Source: an uncultured Alphaproteobacteria bacterium (GTDB taxonomy: Bacteria; Pseudomonadota; Alphaproteobacteria; HIMB59; GCA-002718135). From it: 64,000 nucleotides of DNA. Shown piece after piece: positions 36,947-48,681 of this stretch. The notes beneath the pieces are model-generated. The model saw only the letters and a list, made by a program, of their open reading frames with translations, was not told where the DNA came from and ran no database searches. The first letter of the stretch is position 1. Each line of letters starts with the position of its first letter. The DNA is taken from contig CACKRO010000007.1 in the NCBI GenBank assembly GCA_902602695.1, forward strand, positions 6,127 through 70,126, read 5' to 3'. Made by a program: the position numbers and the translations under genes.

Positions 36947-36980
36947 AAAAACGGCACTTAAATTAGTGCCGTTTTTTTTA
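36947..36980 (+). terminator. Rho-independent terminator after the porin-like gene
   Basis: AAAAACGGCAC-TTAAATTA-GTGCCGTTTTTTTT: a perfect 7-bp GC-containing stem extended by A/T pairs, followed by a T8 run. Confidence 0.85.
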
Positions 36981-37019
36981 TGTTTTACTTTTAGTCGCCA
37001 ATACAATAATTAGCAGTAG

Positions 37020-37625
37020 ATGTTTTTGATGCGATCAATTCTTATAGTTTTTTTGTTTTTTTTAATTTCCTGCAACAGTAATAAAAGCAAAGAAGAAATG
37101 GAAGAGTTGTGGTCTAAAGCTCAAACAAAACAACAGATAATTGATAGATCAGGTACTAAATTTAACTCTGGAATAGATATGGATTTAGCAATGAGAGATG
37201 CTGAGACTAGACTTCAGAGTGGTGGAGGGCTGCTAGGTAAAGGTGGTTTGTCCATAGGTAATATTTTAGGGAACAGTGCAAATGAAGATGGTGCACAAGC
37301 TTCAATTGCAATGAATGTAAATGTTTTTTTGTGGCGTGGTGCTTTAGAGACTATAAGCTTCATGCCTCTTAATTCAGCAGATCAAATTGGTGGAACAATT
37401 ATTACTGATTGGTACTCAACTCCAGGCAATAATAATGAGAGGTGCAAACTTAATATCTTTATTACTGGAAAAAATCTTAAAACGGAAAATTTAAAAGTCA
37501 CCTCATTTTGTCAAGAATTTAAAAACCAAATGTGGGTCAATAAAAAAATTGATAACAAAAACAACATAAAGATTGAAAATGCTATATTAAATAAAGCAAA
37601 AAAACTAAGAATACAATCAAGCTAA
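37020..37625 (+). CDS. DUF3576-like lipoprotein
   Basis: 201 aa. Lipobox FFLISC. The [31 protein letters not shown] segment resembles the DUF3576 family, which commonly lies upstream of leuS in Alphaproteobacteria (from memory). Confidence 0.55.
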   Translation: MFLMRSILIVFLFFLISCNSNKSKEEMEELWSKAQTKQQIIDRSGTKFNSGIDMDLAMRDAETRLQSGGGLLGKGGLSIGNILGNSANEDGAQASIAMNVNVFLWRGALETISFMPLNSADQIGGTIITDWYSTPGNNNERCKLNIFITGKNLKTENLKVTSFCQEFKNQMWVNKKIDNKNNIKIENAILNKAKKLRIQSS

Positions 37626-37627
37626 AA

Positions 37628-40141
37628 GTGTCATCAAGATACAATCACAAAGTAATTGAAAAAAAATGGCAGCAAGTCTGGTCTGAAAAAAAAGTTTTTA
37701 GAACAAAAAGAGACCTTAATAAAAAAAAATATTATGTTTTAGAGATGTTTCCTTACCCATCTGGTAAAATTCATATGGGACATGTACGAAATTATACATT
37801 AGGTGATGTTGTAGCTAGATACAAAAGAATGAGGGGCTTCAATGTACTTCATCCAATGGGTTGGGATGCATTTGGTCTGCCAGCTGAAAATGCAGCTTTA
37901 ACAGAAAAAAAACATCCTCAAACCTGGACATATCAAAATATTAAAACAATGAAGAGCCAGTTATTGCAGATGGGTCTGTCTTTAGATTGGGATAGAGAAA
38001 TCGCAACATGCCATCCAGATTATTACAAACACGAACAAAAATTTTTTGTTGATATGTTTAAAGCGGGTCTTGCTTATAAAAAAGAGGCTGAGGTAAATTG
38101 GGATCCTGTAGACAAAACAGTTTTGGCAAATGAGCAGGTAATTGATGGGAAAGGTTGGAGGTCTGGCGCTATAATTGAAAAGAAAAAGCTTTCTCAATGG
38201 TTTTTAAAAATAAGTAAATATTCAGATGAATTGTTAAATGACTTAGATCACTTAAAAAACTGGCCAAATAAAGTTAAAGTGATGCAATCAAACTGGATTG
38301 GAAAATCTTATGGAGCAGAAATAGATTTCAAAATATCAGACCAAGAATCTAAAATTACAGTATTTACTACAAGGCCTGACACAATTTTTGGAGCAACGTT
38401 TATAGCTTTATCTTCTGATCATGAATTAATTATAGAGTTGTCAAAAAATAATGATGATCTAAAAAAATTTATAAAAGATTGCGAAGATGTAAACTCTGAA
38501 AAAATTAAGAAAGGTTTTAATATAGGATTATCTGTAGATCATCCATTTCTTAATGGGAAAAAATTACCTATTTTCGTAGCAAATTTTGTTTTAAAAGAAT
38601 ATGGACTTGGTGCTATTTTTGGTTGTCCAGCGCATGATCAGAGAGATTTAGAATTTGCAAAAGAATATAATCTTGATGTTATTCCTGTTGTAAAGCCTAT
38701 AGGTGTTTTGGAAAATAATTTTAAAATTGATATTAGCGCATATACCGATGATGGAGAAATAATAAACTCAGAATTTTTAAATGGATTAAACATAGAAGAG
38801 GCAAAAAAGAAAATAATAACTGAAATTGAAAAGAAACAAATTGGAAGCAAAAAAATAAATTTCAAACTGAGGGATTGGGGTATTTCACGACAAAGATTTT
38901 GGGGTTGCCCAATACCTATAATCTATAGAGAAGATGGTGAAATACTGGCAGTTGAAGATAATGCGTTACCAGTTAAGCTGCCTGATATTGAAAATTTCAA
39001 TGAGTCTTCGAGTGCACTTGAAAATATTTTGAATTGGAAAGAAACTATCTGTCCAAAAACAGGCATGAAGGCGTATAGAGAAACAGATACATTTGATACA
39101 TTCTTTGAATCATCTTGGTATTATTTTCGATATTGCAATGCAAGATCAGATAAGCCTTTTGATAAAATTGATATAGATTATTGGTTGCCAGTTGATCAAT
39201 ATATTGGTGGTATTGAGCATGCTATATTACATCTTTTATATTCAAGATTTTTTACTAAAGCCTTAAGAGATCTTGGTTACTTTGATTTAAACGAACCATT
39301 TAAGGGTTTGTTTACACAAGGCATGGTTACTCATGTAACTTATAAAAATAAAAACGGAGACTGGGTTGAACCAAAAGATATAAAGAAAACTGAAACAGAT
39401 TTAAAAGATAATAATGGTCTGGGTGTTGAGATTGGAAAGATTGAGAAAATGAGTAAGTCTAAAAAAAATGTTGTAGATCCAAATGATATAATTAATTTAT
39501 ATGGGGCAGATACTGCTAGATGGTTTATGTTGTCTGATAGCCCACCAGAGAGAGATTTACAATGGACTGATACCGGAATAAGTGCTTCTTTTAAATTTAT
39601 TAATAAATTATATGATTTTATTGAAAAGTTTAAAAACTATCAATCTGGTAATGTTGACGATGATAAAACAGTTGAAGTACTTAAACAAACAATTAACGAA
39701 GTTTCAGAAAATATAGAATTATTTCAATTTAATAAATCAGTAGCCAAAATTTATGAATTTACAAATGTACTTAGTAGTGCCCTAGCCAAAAAAAATTTAT
39801 CTAATGAAGGTTTTGAGTGGGCATTAAAAAAATTATCAATTATTTTACAACCTTTTGTCCCACATATAAGTGAAGAAATTTGGTCTAATCTTGGCTCTAA
39901 GACTCTGTGTATTAATGAAAATTGGATAAATGAAAATGTAAGAAAAAAGGTTAAATCAAAAGTAGCAATTCAAATTAATGGGAAGACAAAAGAAGTTATA
40001 AATTTTGATGAAAATATATCAAAGGAAGAGATAATAATAGTTGTGAAGAATAGCGATAAAATTAAAAAGCACTTAGTTGGCAAGAATGTGCAAAGAGAAA
40101 TATATGTCCCAGGAAAAATAGTAAACTTAGTAATAAAATGA
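37628..40141 (+). CDS. leuS: Leucine--tRNA ligase
   Basis: 837 aa. HMGHVRNY (HIGH) and KMSKSKKN (KMSKS) motifs. GTG start. Confidence 0.95.
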   Translation: MSSRYNHKVIEKKWQQVWSEKKVFRTKRDLNKKKYYVLEMFPYPSGKIHMGHVRNYTLGDVVARYKRMRGFNVLHPMGWDAFGLPAENAALTEKKHPQTWTYQNIKTMKSQLLQMGLSLDWDREIATCHPDYYKHEQKFFVDMFKAGLAYKKEAEVNWDPVDKTVLANEQVIDGKGWRSGAIIEKKKLSQWFLKISKYSDELLNDLDHLKNWPNKVKVMQSNWIGKSYGAEIDFKISDQESKITVFTTRPDTIFGATFIALSSDHELIIELSKNNDDLKKFIKDCEDVNSEKIKKGFNIGLSVDHPFLNGKKLPIFVANFVLKEYGLGAIFGCPAHDQRDLEFAKEYNLDVIPVVKPIGVLENNFKIDISAYTDDGEIINSEFLNGLNIEEAKKKIITEIEKKQIGSKKINFKLRDWGISRQRFWGCPIPIIYREDGEILAVEDNALPVKLPDIENFNESSSALENILNWKETICPKTGMKAYRETDTFDTFFESSWYYFRYCNARSDKPFDKIDIDYWLPVDQYIGGIEHAILHLLYSRFFTKALRDLGYFDLNEPFKGLFTQGMVTHVTYKNKNGDWVEPKDIKKTETDLKDNNGLGVEIGKIEKMSKSKKNVVDPNDIINLYGADTARWFMLSDSPPERDLQWTDTGISASFKFINKLYDFIEKFKNYQSGNVDDDKTVEVLKQTINEVSENIELFQFNKSVAKIYEFTNVLSSALAKKNLSNEGFEWALKKLSIILQPFVPHISEEIWSNLGSKTLCINENWINENVRKKVKSKVAIQINGKTKEVINFDENISKEEIIIVVKNSDKIKKHLVGKNVQREIYVPGKIVNLVIK

Positions 40142-40626
40142 AAAAATTTTTATACCTGATATGTGTTATAATAGTTAGTTCATGTAATCAAATTGACTTC
40201 ATTTATGAAGATAAGACAAATATAATAAATCCACTATACGAAAAAACTGAAGTCGATATATCTGGGGATGATTTAATATTTATAAATTCTTACATCCCAA
40301 TGTTGTTTGGAAAAACCAAAAATAATAACTATAAATTATTAATTAAAATTCAGGAAAAGAAAACTAAAAGATCAGTGGAATCTAATCAAGCTACCTCAAA
40401 CCTAAGATATGAATTGAGATTTAAATATACCTTAATATCAAATAAAGGAGATTGTGTTTCATATAATAAAGAAATTTTATCTAATTTTTCAATTATACCA
40501 AAGTCTGCAGGTTATAATTATGGCACTGATGCTTCTCTGGAAAAAAAATATGAATTAGCAATAACAGAAAATTTAAATCAGTTCATATCTTTTGCATCAG
40601 GTATTAATTTAAATAATTGTTTATGA
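40138..40626 (+). CDS. lptE: LPS-assembly lipoprotein LptE-like
   Basis: 162 aa. Lipobox IIVSSC. It occupies the conserved leuS-lptE-holA position and overlaps the leuS stop. Confidence 0.6.
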   Translation: MKKFLYLICVIIVSSCNQIDFIYEDKTNIINPLYEKTEVDISGDDLIFINSYIPMLFGKTKNNNYKLLIKIQEKKTKRSVESNQATSNLRYELRFKYTLISNKGDCVSYNKEILSNFSIIPKSAGYNYGTDASLEKKYELAITENLNQFISFASGINLNNCL

Positions 40627-41561
40627 GGTTAGAGCCACTAAGCGTAATATTAGATAAAGATTTTAAAATAGAAAAAAAATTTTATTTTATTAGTGGAAAC
40701 GAAGCCACTCTTATTCAAAAAATTAAATCTTCAATAATTGAAAAATATAAAAAAAAGGAAAAAGCTGTATTAACAACTATTGAGTTTATTAATGATTTTT
40801 TTGATATGGGTGGTTTGTTTGAGGAGAAAAAAATATTTTTAGTTAATAATTGTAAAGGTATTGAAGAGAGCAGTTTAGATAATCTTAGAAATATTGATGG
40901 TATATTTATATTTGTTCAAGAAAACTCACAGAAAATTAAGAAAACAAAGAATATTTTTTTAAAAGATAAGGACTCTTTATTAATTGATTGTTATGAGTTG
41001 GATAAGAATTCTAAAATAAAAATCTTAAATGAATCTCTTAAATCAAAAGGTTTAATAATAGAAAAAGATCTTTATTGGTACCTAATTGAAAAACTAGATA
41101 GTAAATTTGCACTTGTAGAAGATAGTTTGGATAAAATTCTTAAATTAAATCAAAAAGACATTACACTTTTAAATATTAGAAAACTCTTAACCGCTGATGA
41201 CTCTAGCAAAGAAAAAATTTTTTTCTTTTTGTTAAAAAAAAACAAGGAGATAGTCGAGGTATATAGAGAAAGAGTTTTTAATGCATCTGATGTAAATGAT
41301 CTTTATTATTATTGTAGATTTTTTTGCCAACTAATCATCGACTCTAAAAATGAAGAGGTTTATAGAAAAAAAATTCCCATATATTTATTTAGGGAAAAAA
41401 TTTTTTTAATCGATATTTATAGAAAATATAATTCTACAAAGAAAATATTGCTTTTAAAATTACTAAGCTCCACTGAAAGGGTTTTAAGAAAAGAGGGTGG
41501 TTTATCTTTGGTTTCAGGTCTTAGGTTTTTATTAAATATTAAAAAGATTACTATTTCTTAA
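40617..41561 (+). CDS. holA: DNA polymerase III subunit delta
   Basis: 314 aa. The call rests on the conserved position after lptE and on its size. Sequence motifs are weak. Confidence 0.6.
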   Translation: MFMRLEPLSVILDKDFKIEKKFYFISGNEATLIQKIKSSIIEKYKKKEKAVLTTIEFINDFFDMGGLFEEKKIFLVNNCKGIEESSLDNLRNIDGIFIFVQENSQKIKKTKNIFLKDKDSLLIDCYELDKNSKIKILNESLKSKGLIIEKDLYWYLIEKLDSKFALVEDSLDKILKLNQKDITLLNIRKLLTADDSSKEKIFFFLLKKNKEIVEVYRERVFNASDVNDLYYYCRFFCQLIIDSKNEEVYRKKIPIYLFREKIFLIDIYRKYNSTKKILLLKLLSSTERVLRKEGGLSLVSGLRFLLNIKKITIS

Positions 41562-42390
41562 GCCTTTTCATTAATTCATCTAATTGGTTAAGATTTGAGT
41601 AGTAAAGAGTAAGGGACCCAGATGATCCACTTTCGTTAAAATGTATTGATGTTTTAAGACCAATTTTATCAGAAAGTTCTTTTTCTAAGTCTATAACGTT
41701 TGGGTCTTTTGAAGTTCTTTTTCCTTTATTTTTTTTGAATTCAGAAGTTATTTTTTCTACCTGTCTTACACTAAGTTTTTTTTCAATAATTTCATTTGCT
41801 TTACTTATCGCATCAGGAACACCAATTAGAGCTCTTGCATGACCCATGGATAGGTCGCCACTGATTACCATCTGTTGTATTTTTATATCAAGCTCTAAAA
41901 GGCGTAAAATATTTGAAACATGGCTCGCGCTTTTACCTATTAGTTTGGCAAGATTTTCATTGTTAGTCCCTTTAATGTCAATTAATCCCTTATAAGCATT
42001 TGCTTCCTCAATTACATTTAGATCCTCTCTTTGTATATTTTCAATTAAGGCTGCTTCTAAAATACTATTTTCATCAAGATTTTTAATAACACAATCGACT
42101 TCGTGCATTCCATTTAATTGACATGCTCTCCACCTCCTTTCGCCTGCAATAATTTGGAATTGATTATCATTTGTTGGTTTAACAATTATTGGTTGAATTA
42201 AGCCTTGGTTTTTGATTGATAAAGAAAGCTCCTTAAGCTCTTCATCTTTAAAATTTTTTCTTGGTTGAGATGGGTTTGGTATTATTTGAGATATATTGAT
42301 TTTTTGAATACCACTATTTTTTTCATCTTTATTACTAGATGATGACAGAAGTGCACCTAGACCCATACCTAGTTTATTTTCTTTATTCAT
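41551..42390 (-). CDS. parB: Chromosome partitioning protein ParB
   Basis: 279 aa. GLIQPIIV, IIAGERRWRA and an HTH region. Confidence 0.9.
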   Translation of the reverse strand: MNKENKLGMGLGALLSSSSNKDEKNSGIQKINISQIIPNPSQPRKNFKDEELKELSLSIKNQGLIQPIIVKPTNDNQFQIIAGERRWRACQLNGMHEVDCVIKNLDENSILEAALIENIQREDLNVIEEANAYKGLIDIKGTNNENLAKLIGKSASHVSNILRLLELDIKIQQMVISGDLSMGHARALIGVPDAISKANEIIEKKLSVRQVEKITSEFKKNKGKRTSKDPNVIDLEKELSDKIGLKTSIHFNESGSSGSLTLYYSNLNQLDELMKRLKK

Positions 42391-43156
42391 ATTTTTTATT
42401 TTGATTTAAAATTACTTCTTTTGCAAGCTCAATATAAGCAATAGAGCCGGCGGCTTGTGTATCGTATACCAGTGCTGGTTTTCCATGACTTGGTGCTTCA
42501 GATATTTTTACATTTCTAGGAATAGTTGTTTTGTATACTTGATTGCCAAAGTGTTGTCTTACATCTTTTTCCACTAGTGAGCTTAGTGAGTTTCTTTTAT
42601 CTAACATTGTTAATAATATTCCTTCGATTTGGAGATTATTATTAAAGTTTTGTTGAATTAATTTAATTGTTTGCATTAAGGATGAAAGACCTTCTAAAGC
42701 AAAAAACTCAGACTGAAGAGGAATTAGCGTGGTGTGAGATGCTACTAATGAATTAATAGTTAGCAAACCAAGTGCTGGTGGACAGTCTACAAAAATAAAA
42801 TCGAAATCATTAATTTCGTTAAAAATTGATTTAAACACAAACTCTCTATTTTTAAAATTTGTCAACTCTACCTCTGCTGCGGCTAGATCTGTGTTTGCTC
42901 CTATTATTTTTAGACCAGGAATTAATGTTTCTTTTATTCCTTCTGTAAGAAGCTTTTTTTCATGAATCATTTCATAAATTGATGGCTTTCTAACATCATA
43001 GGAAAGGCCTAGCCCTGTGCTTGCATTACCTTGTGGATCAGCATCGACAATTAAAACGTTTTTTTTAACTGCAGCTAATGAGGTTGCTAGATTTATAGTG
43101 GTTGTGGTTTTACCAACACCTCCTTTTTGGTTGGATATAGAAATTATTTTTTTCAC
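42383..43156 (-). CDS. parA: Chromosome partitioning ATPase ParA/Soj
   Basis: 257 aa. Deviant Walker A NQKGGVGKTTT. Confidence 0.9.
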   Translation of the reverse strand: MKKIISISNQKGGVGKTTTTINLATSLAAVKKNVLIVDADPQGNASTGLGLSYDVRKPSIYEMIHEKKLLTEGIKETLIPGLKIIGANTDLAAAEVELTNFKNREFVFKSIFNEINDFDFIFVDCPPALGLLTINSLVASHTTLIPLQSEFFALEGLSSLMQTIKLIQQNFNNNLQIEGILLTMLDKRNSLSSLVEKDVRQHFGNQVYKTTIPRNVKISEAPSHGKPALVYDTQAAGSIAYIELAKEVILNQNKKYE

Positions 43157-43758
43157 AGTTTTTTAAATTTGTTTACCTTTAGCACAAAACCGCCGCCTTC
43201 ACTTTTACTAGGATAGATTTCGTGCTCAAGATTAAAATATTTTTTTGCATCTTCAATTTCATTCTTAACACTTCTACCTTTAAGAAAAAGTAGTGATGTA
43301 TTTTTTTTTGTAAAAAAACGTGAATAATCTAATAATTTTATTAATGGTGCGAAAGCTCGACAGATAATGAAGTCAAATTTTTGATTTTTGATTTTTTCAA
43401 CCCTTGTGCAAATAGTTTTTATTACCAAATTCTGCTCGTATGCGAATTCTTTAATAAAATTTATTTTTTTCATCTTTGAGTCGATCAATAATATATTTGA
43501 ATACCCAAAAATATGTAAGATGACACCTGGTAAACCTGCACCGGTGCCAAGATCTACTATTGATGCATTTTTTTTCAAAATAAATTCTGACAATTGTAAT
43601 GAATCATTGATATGTCTATCCCAGGCAATTTTAATTGTGGATGGTCCTACCAAATTGTGTATTTGGTTACTATTTGTTAACTTCAATATGTAGTTATCGA
43701 TTAAGCTAATTTGCTTTCCGTTAAGATTGTATTTTTTTATTACAGTTTTTTTATCCAA
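43153..43758 (-). CDS. rsmG: 16S rRNA (guanine527-N7)-methyltransferase RsmG/GidB
   Basis: 201 aa. DLGTGAGLPG SAM motif. It sits between parA and mnmG. Confidence 0.85.
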   Translation of the reverse strand: MDKKTVIKKYNLNGKQISLIDNYILKLTNSNQIHNLVGPSTIKIAWDRHINDSLQLSEFILKKNASIVDLGTGAGLPGVILHIFGYSNILLIDSKMKKINFIKEFAYEQNLVIKTICTRVEKIKNQKFDFIICRAFAPLIKLLDYSRFFTKKNTSLLFLKGRSVKNEIEDAKKYFNLEHEIYPSKSEGGGFVLKVNKFKKL

Positions 43759-43759
43759 A

Positions 43760-45637
43760 CTAAGCTGCTTTTTTATTCTTATTTTTTTTTATATATCTAA
43801 GTAGGGCTATAGTGGCTGCTGGTGTTACACCTGATATTCTTGAGGCTACTCCAAGGGTTGGTGGTTTAATTTTTGATAATTTTTCAACTATCTCATTAGA
43901 TAAACTTCCAACTAATTCATAGTTGGTTGATTTAGGGATTTTTAAATTTTCTTCTTTTTCAAAATCTTTTATATCCATTCTTTGTCTATCAAGATAGCCT
44001 GCATATTTAGCTTCAATTTCTATTTGTTCTATAACATCGTCTTCTAAACTCCTTAATTCAGGAATTATTTTTTTAAGCTTACGGGTTGTAATATTAGAAA
44101 ATGATAAAAGATCTATAATATCTCTTTTCTTTCCATCTTTATTTATTTTTATTCCTTTTTTAAGAAGTGCATCTGGTGAGAATGTATAAGCTTTAACAAA
44201 CTTAAACCCTTCTTTTATTCTATTGGATTTTTTTTCAAACTCTCTTTGCCTATCTATATCAACACAGCCTATATCAATACCAAGAGGTGTGAGTCTTAAA
44301 TCTGCATTATCTGCTCGAAGTAATAGTCTGTATTCAGACCTCGAAGTAAACATTCTATAAGGTTCTTTAGTTCCTTTTGTAACCAAATCATCAATCAAAA
44401 CACCGATGTATCCCGAAGACCTAGGTATTATAAATTCTTTATTGGATGTTGTTTTAAGTGATGCGTTTATTCCAGCTATTATGCCTTGTGCTGCAGCTTC
44501 TTCGTATCCAGTTGTGCCGTTTATCTGTCCTGCAAAAAATAAATTTTTTATTTTTTTTGTTTCCAGTGTGTGTGTTAATTCTTGTGGATCAACAAAATCA
44601 TATTCAATGGCATAAGCAGGTTGAGTAATTGTAACATTCTCCAAACCTTTAATAGTCTTAACAAATTGCTCTTGAACTTCAGTTGGAAGAGAGGAAGATA
44701 TTCCGTTTGGATATATTAAATCACTATCTAATCCTTCTGGTTCCAGAAATATCTGATGTGATGATTTATTTTTAAATTTATGAATCTTGTCTTCAATAGA
44801 AGGACAATACCTAGCCCCCATTGATTGTATTTCCCCAGAATACATTGGTGATAGATTGATGTTCTGAGTTATTATTTCATGGGTATTTTTATTAGTATGG
44901 GTAATAAAACAAGATATTTGAGGAATGTGGATATCTCTGTTAATAAAAGAAAATGGAATAAGCTTTTTATCTGGTTTTTGTTCATCTAAGTAATTGAAAT
45001 TTATAGTTTTTTTAAGTAATCTTGGGGGTGTTCCTGTCTTTAATCTGCCTATTGAAAACTTTAGATCTTTAAGCCTTTTTGCAAGCTTTATTGACGTCTT
45101 GTCACCAACTCTTCCACCTTCTTTTTTTTCGGAACCTATTCTAATGAGCCCTTGTAAAAAAGTTCCTGTAGTTAAAACTACAGATTTAGCAGATATTTTA
45201 TTATTATTAGCTAAAACAATCCCAATTACCTGATTTTTAGAAACAATTAAGTCTTCAACTGAACCTTCTATTATTTGAAGATTTTTTTGCTCCCTTACAA
45301 CCTCATTTATGGCATTTTTATATAAATTTCGGTCTGTTTGAGCCCTAGGACCCCTTACAGCAGCACCCCTGCTAGAGTTTAACATTCTAAATTGTATACA
45401 GGATTTATCTGTAGCTTTGGCCATTATTCCATCCAAAGCATCTATTTCCTTTACAAGATGACCTTTTCCAAGACCTCCAATTGCAGGATTACAAGACATT
45501 TCTCCTATTTTTTGAATTTTATGAGTAATTAAAACTGTTTTTGATCCAGTTCTTGCAGATGAGCATGCTGCTTCTACACCTGCATGCCCTCCACCAATCA
45601 CAATTACATCAAATTTATTTTCCATGTTTTTTTTCAC
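43760..45637 (-). CDS. mnmG: tRNA uridine 5-carboxymethylaminomethyl modification enzyme MnmG/GidA
   Basis: 625 aa. [17 protein letters not shown] motif and a conserved GidA core. Confidence 0.95.
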   Translation of the reverse strand: MKKNMENKFDVIVIGGGHAGVEAACSSARTGSKTVLITHKIQKIGEMSCNPAIGGLGKGHLVKEIDALDGIMAKATDKSCIQFRMLNSSRGAAVRGPRAQTDRNLYKNAINEVVREQKNLQIIEGSVEDLIVSKNQVIGIVLANNNKISAKSVVLTTGTFLQGLIRIGSEKKEGGRVGDKTSIKLAKRLKDLKFSIGRLKTGTPPRLLKKTINFNYLDEQKPDKKLIPFSFINRDIHIPQISCFITHTNKNTHEIITQNINLSPMYSGEIQSMGARYCPSIEDKIHKFKNKSSHQIFLEPEGLDSDLIYPNGISSSLPTEVQEQFVKTIKGLENVTITQPAYAIEYDFVDPQELTHTLETKKIKNLFFAGQINGTTGYEEAAAQGIIAGINASLKTTSNKEFIIPRSSGYIGVLIDDLVTKGTKEPYRMFTSRSEYRLLLRADNADLRLTPLGIDIGCVDIDRQREFEKKSNRIKEGFKFVKAYTFSPDALLKKGIKINKDGKKRDIIDLLSFSNITTRKLKKIIPELRSLEDDVIEQIEIEAKYAGYLDRQRMDIKDFEKEENLKIPKSTNYELVGSLSNEIVEKLSKIKPPTLGVASRISGVTPAATIALLRYIKKNKNKKAA

Positions 45638-45643
45638 GTGAAA

Positions 45644-46930
45644 TTACTTACCTATACAAAAATCACTAAATATTATATCTAAAATTTTCTCAATATCAAA
45701 TTTTTGATTAATTCCATCAATATACATAATTGATCTTCTAACATTTTCTGCAGCAATATCTATTTCTTTTAAATCTAAACTTTTAAGCAATTCAAGGGAT
45801 TTATTTAGGCTTTCCAAATGTCTTTCACGTGAAAAAACTGGTCCAGAAATTGGTTTATTCTTTAATTTTGAAGAGATAGTTTTAATAAGATTTTCAATTC
45901 CATAACCAGATACTGATGAAATGCTTTGTACACCATTTAATTTCTTTTTATTAGCATCATATTTTGATTTAACAAATATTTTTGATTTGATTTTACTGAA
46001 ATCTTTCTTTTCATTATTTTTGAGAAAAACTATATTTAAATCAGACTTTTCTGCACTCTCTAACGATCTTTCAATACCTATTTTTTCAATTAAATTCTTA
46101 TATTTTCTTATTCCAGCTGTATCAATAAAGGTGTATTTATCTCCTTGAATATCTAGAGTAGAGCTTACTAAATCTGTTGTTGTTCCTGGTATGTTTGTAA
46201 CTATAGAAACTTCCTTGTTATTAATATAATTTATAAACGAAGACTTACCTGTATTAGGCTTTCCAATGATAGTTACTGTAAAACCACTATGTATTTGTCT
46301 AGATAAAGAGGATCTTTTGATGATATTTTCGATTTGTTTATATATGTTCTTATTTTGTTCTTTTATACTTCTGTATATTTCTTTAGGAAGGTCTTCGTCA
46401 GCGAAATCAATAATGGCCTCTATATCCGCTAGAAGTTTTTTTTGTTTATTTGATATTTCATTTACTAATTTATCTAAATTTCCACTTAAATTACCAATGG
46501 CTATCTTTCTTTGATTTTCTGTTTCTGCATTAACTAAATCATTAATTGTTTCAGCTTCTAAAATACTAAGTTTGTCATTTATTAAAGCTCTTTTGGTAAA
46601 CTCTCCAGGTTCTGCAAGTCTGATTTGTTTTTTTAATAGGATTTCAGTTATTTTGTTAATAACAGAAATACTTCCATGACAAGATATTTCCACCATATCC
46701 TCTCCTGTGTAGCTTTTTGGTGATTTAAAAAAAGTTGTTAGCGTTTGATCTACAACACTCTTTCCATCTAATAAATTATTTAATGTAGAAAATTTTGTGT
46801 TAAATTTTTTTTTAGAAGATATTGATTTTATTATTTTGTGAGAGCCTTTTCCTGAAACCCTAAAGACGGCTATGCCTGATTTACCTTTTTGCGTAGCAAG
46901 AGCAAAAATTGTATCTTTTGACTGTTTCAT
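45644..46930 (-). CDS. mnmE: tRNA modification GTPase MnmE/TrmE
   Basis: 428 aa. G1 motif GKPNTGKSS, DTAGIR, and a C-terminal FCIGK. Confidence 0.9.
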   Translation of the reverse strand: MKQSKDTIFALATQKGKSGIAVFRVSGKGSHKIIKSISSKKKFNTKFSTLNNLLDGKSVVDQTLTTFFKSPKSYTGEDMVEISCHGSISVINKITEILLKKQIRLAEPGEFTKRALINDKLSILEAETINDLVNAETENQRKIAIGNLSGNLDKLVNEISNKQKKLLADIEAIIDFADEDLPKEIYRSIKEQNKNIYKQIENIIKRSSLSRQIHSGFTVTIIGKPNTGKSSFINYINNKEVSIVTNIPGTTTDLVSSTLDIQGDKYTFIDTAGIRKYKNLIEKIGIERSLESAEKSDLNIVFLKNNEKKDFSKIKSKIFVKSKYDANKKKLNGVQSISSVSGYGIENLIKTISSKLKNKPISGPVFSRERHLESLNKSLELLKSLDLKEIDIAAENVRRSIMYIDGINQKFDIEKILDIIFSDFCIGK

Positions 46931-47003
46931 TTTTTGGGAATTAAACCCAAGATCAGATTAAGTAAATAAGAAATATTAAAGTATGCGTCTTTTAAAATTT
47001 TTT

Positions 47004-48260
47004 TTATTTAGTTCCCATACTTTGAAAGAAGTCATTGTTAGTCTTTGTATTTTTCATTTTATCTAACAAAAATTCCATGGCTTCTGTGCTTCCCATTGGT
47101 GCTAATATTTTCCTTAAAATGAAAATTTTTCCTAACTCACCTTTGTCGAGTAACAACTCTTCTTTTCTTGTGCCAGATTTACCAATATCAAAAGCAGGAT
47201 AAGTTCTTTTTTGACTAAGTTTTCTGTCTAAAACCATTTCACTATTACCTGTACCTTTAAATTCTTCAAATATAACCTCATCCATTCTACTTCCAGTATC
47301 TATTAAGGCTGTAGCAATAATTGTAAGTGATCCACCTTTTTCTACGTTCCTTGCGGCCCCAAAAAATCTTTTAGGTCTTTGTAAAGCGTTTGCATCTACA
47401 CCACCTGTTAATACTTTACCACTTGATGGAACAACAGTGTTATAAGCTCTTCCGAGCCTGGTTAATGAGTCAAGTAGTATTACTACATCATGATTATATT
47501 CTACTAATCTTTTAGCTTTTTCAATTACCATCTCTGCTACCTGAACGTGGCGTGAAGCTGGTTCATCAAATGTTGAGCTAATTACCTCTCCTTTGACTGA
47601 TCTCTGCATATCTGTAACTTCTTCTGGTCTTTCATCAATTAGTAAAACAATAAGTTTAGCATCTGGACTATTAGAAGTTATAGCATTTGCTATTTTCTGC
47701 ATTATTATTGTTTTACCAGTAAATGGTTGTGCAACAATTAATTGTCTTTGCCCTTTCCCCAGAGGAGCAATTATATCAATAATCCTTTCAGTATTGTCTG
47801 GCATTGGTTTTTCTTGTTCAAGTTTAAATCTTGCTTCAGGATATAAAGGGGTTAAATCTTCAAAATTGACTCTATTTCTTACTAAATCAGTTTCTTGACC
47901 ATTTATTTTATTTATTTTGGTTATAGCAAAATATCTTTCACCTTGTTTTGGAGATCTAATTTCACCCTCAACACTATCACCAGTTCTTAAGCTAAACTTT
48001 TTAATTTGAGATGGAGATATATAAATATCATCTGGACCAGGAAGATAATTTGACTCTGAAGATCTTAAAAAACCAAAACCATCTTGCATAATTTCAATAA
48101 CCCCTAAACCAGTGATAATCTCGCCTTCTTCAGCAATTGTTTTTAAAATTGCAAACATCAAATCTTGCTTTCTAAGAGATGAAGGGTTTTCTATACCAAG
48201 CTTGTCTGCTTGTTTTAAAAGCTCTTGGGGTTCTTTTCCTTTTAATTCTTGTAAATTCAT
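47004..48260 (-). CDS. rho: Transcription termination factor Rho
   Basis: 418 aa. N-terminal RNA-binding domain (GFGFLR), Walker A PFTGKT and a conserved C-terminal ATPase region. Confidence 0.95.
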   Translation of the reverse strand: MNLQELKGKEPQELLKQADKLGIENPSSLRKQDLMFAILKTIAEEGEIITGLGVIEIMQDGFGFLRSSESNYLPGPDDIYISPSQIKKFSLRTGDSVEGEIRSPKQGERYFAITKINKINGQETDLVRNRVNFEDLTPLYPEARFKLEQEKPMPDNTERIIDIIAPLGKGQRQLIVAQPFTGKTIIMQKIANAITSNSPDAKLIVLLIDERPEEVTDMQRSVKGEVISSTFDEPASRHVQVAEMVIEKAKRLVEYNHDVVILLDSLTRLGRAYNTVVPSSGKVLTGGVDANALQRPKRFFGAARNVEKGGSLTIIATALIDTGSRMDEVIFEEFKGTGNSEMVLDRKLSQKRTYPAFDIGKSGTRKEELLLDKGELGKIFILRKILAPMGSTEAMEFLLDKMKNTKTNNDFFQSMGTK

Positions 48261-48681
48261 AATGTTGTAGGAGTAGTTAAGAAATGAGTAATTTTAATAA
48301 TCAAAATTGAAGTTAATGTCAAAATAATAATAAATATATAATTTATATATTTAATTGTAGTGTTAGTTGTAACCTGGAAAAGCTTAATTATTACTTTATC
48401 ATCGCATCACTCTCAAACTACCAACATATTAATAAGTATTCCAATAAATATGTTAAATTAAAGAATATTTAAAAAAATTTATATTTTTAAATGATTTATA
48501 TTCTAATAAATTTATAATAACCTGTTATTAATTTTGTATAATAAATATATTAACATCCACTACATAACATTCAGATTGGTTATTAAGCTGTTAACAAAAC
48601 ATTTTTAAAATAAAAGAAGTATTTCTTAAATTCAAATTATATTTAATAGTGTTTATAACTATAATTTTTATTAACACAGTT
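48261..48681. other. Long AT-rich divergent spacer (rho <-> maf): candidate replication origin and/or rho leader
   Basis: At 421 nt this is the largest non-coding gap in the window. Flanking genes point outward. The flanking gene sets (parAB-gidAB-trmE-rho on one side, maf-aroE-coaE-dnaQ on the other) match those around Caulobacter-type origins. I found only one weak DnaA-box-like element. Confidence 0.35.

Noticed and set aside
46931-47003. Possible terminator hairpin (TTGGG-N7-CCCAA) between rho and mnmE.
   Set aside because: The stem is only 5 bp, and on the transcribed (minus) strand it is followed by A residues rather than a U tract. It is not convincing as an intrinsic terminator.
48261-48681. 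DnaA boxes and CtrA sites in the candidate origin.
   Set aside because: Only one imperfect TTATCCACA-like match (ACATCCAC, 48553-48560) is present. None of the 17 TTAA tetramers I listed are spaced as TTAA-N7-TTAA. I therefore do not annotate individual binding sites, and the oriC call rests on synteny and geometry only.
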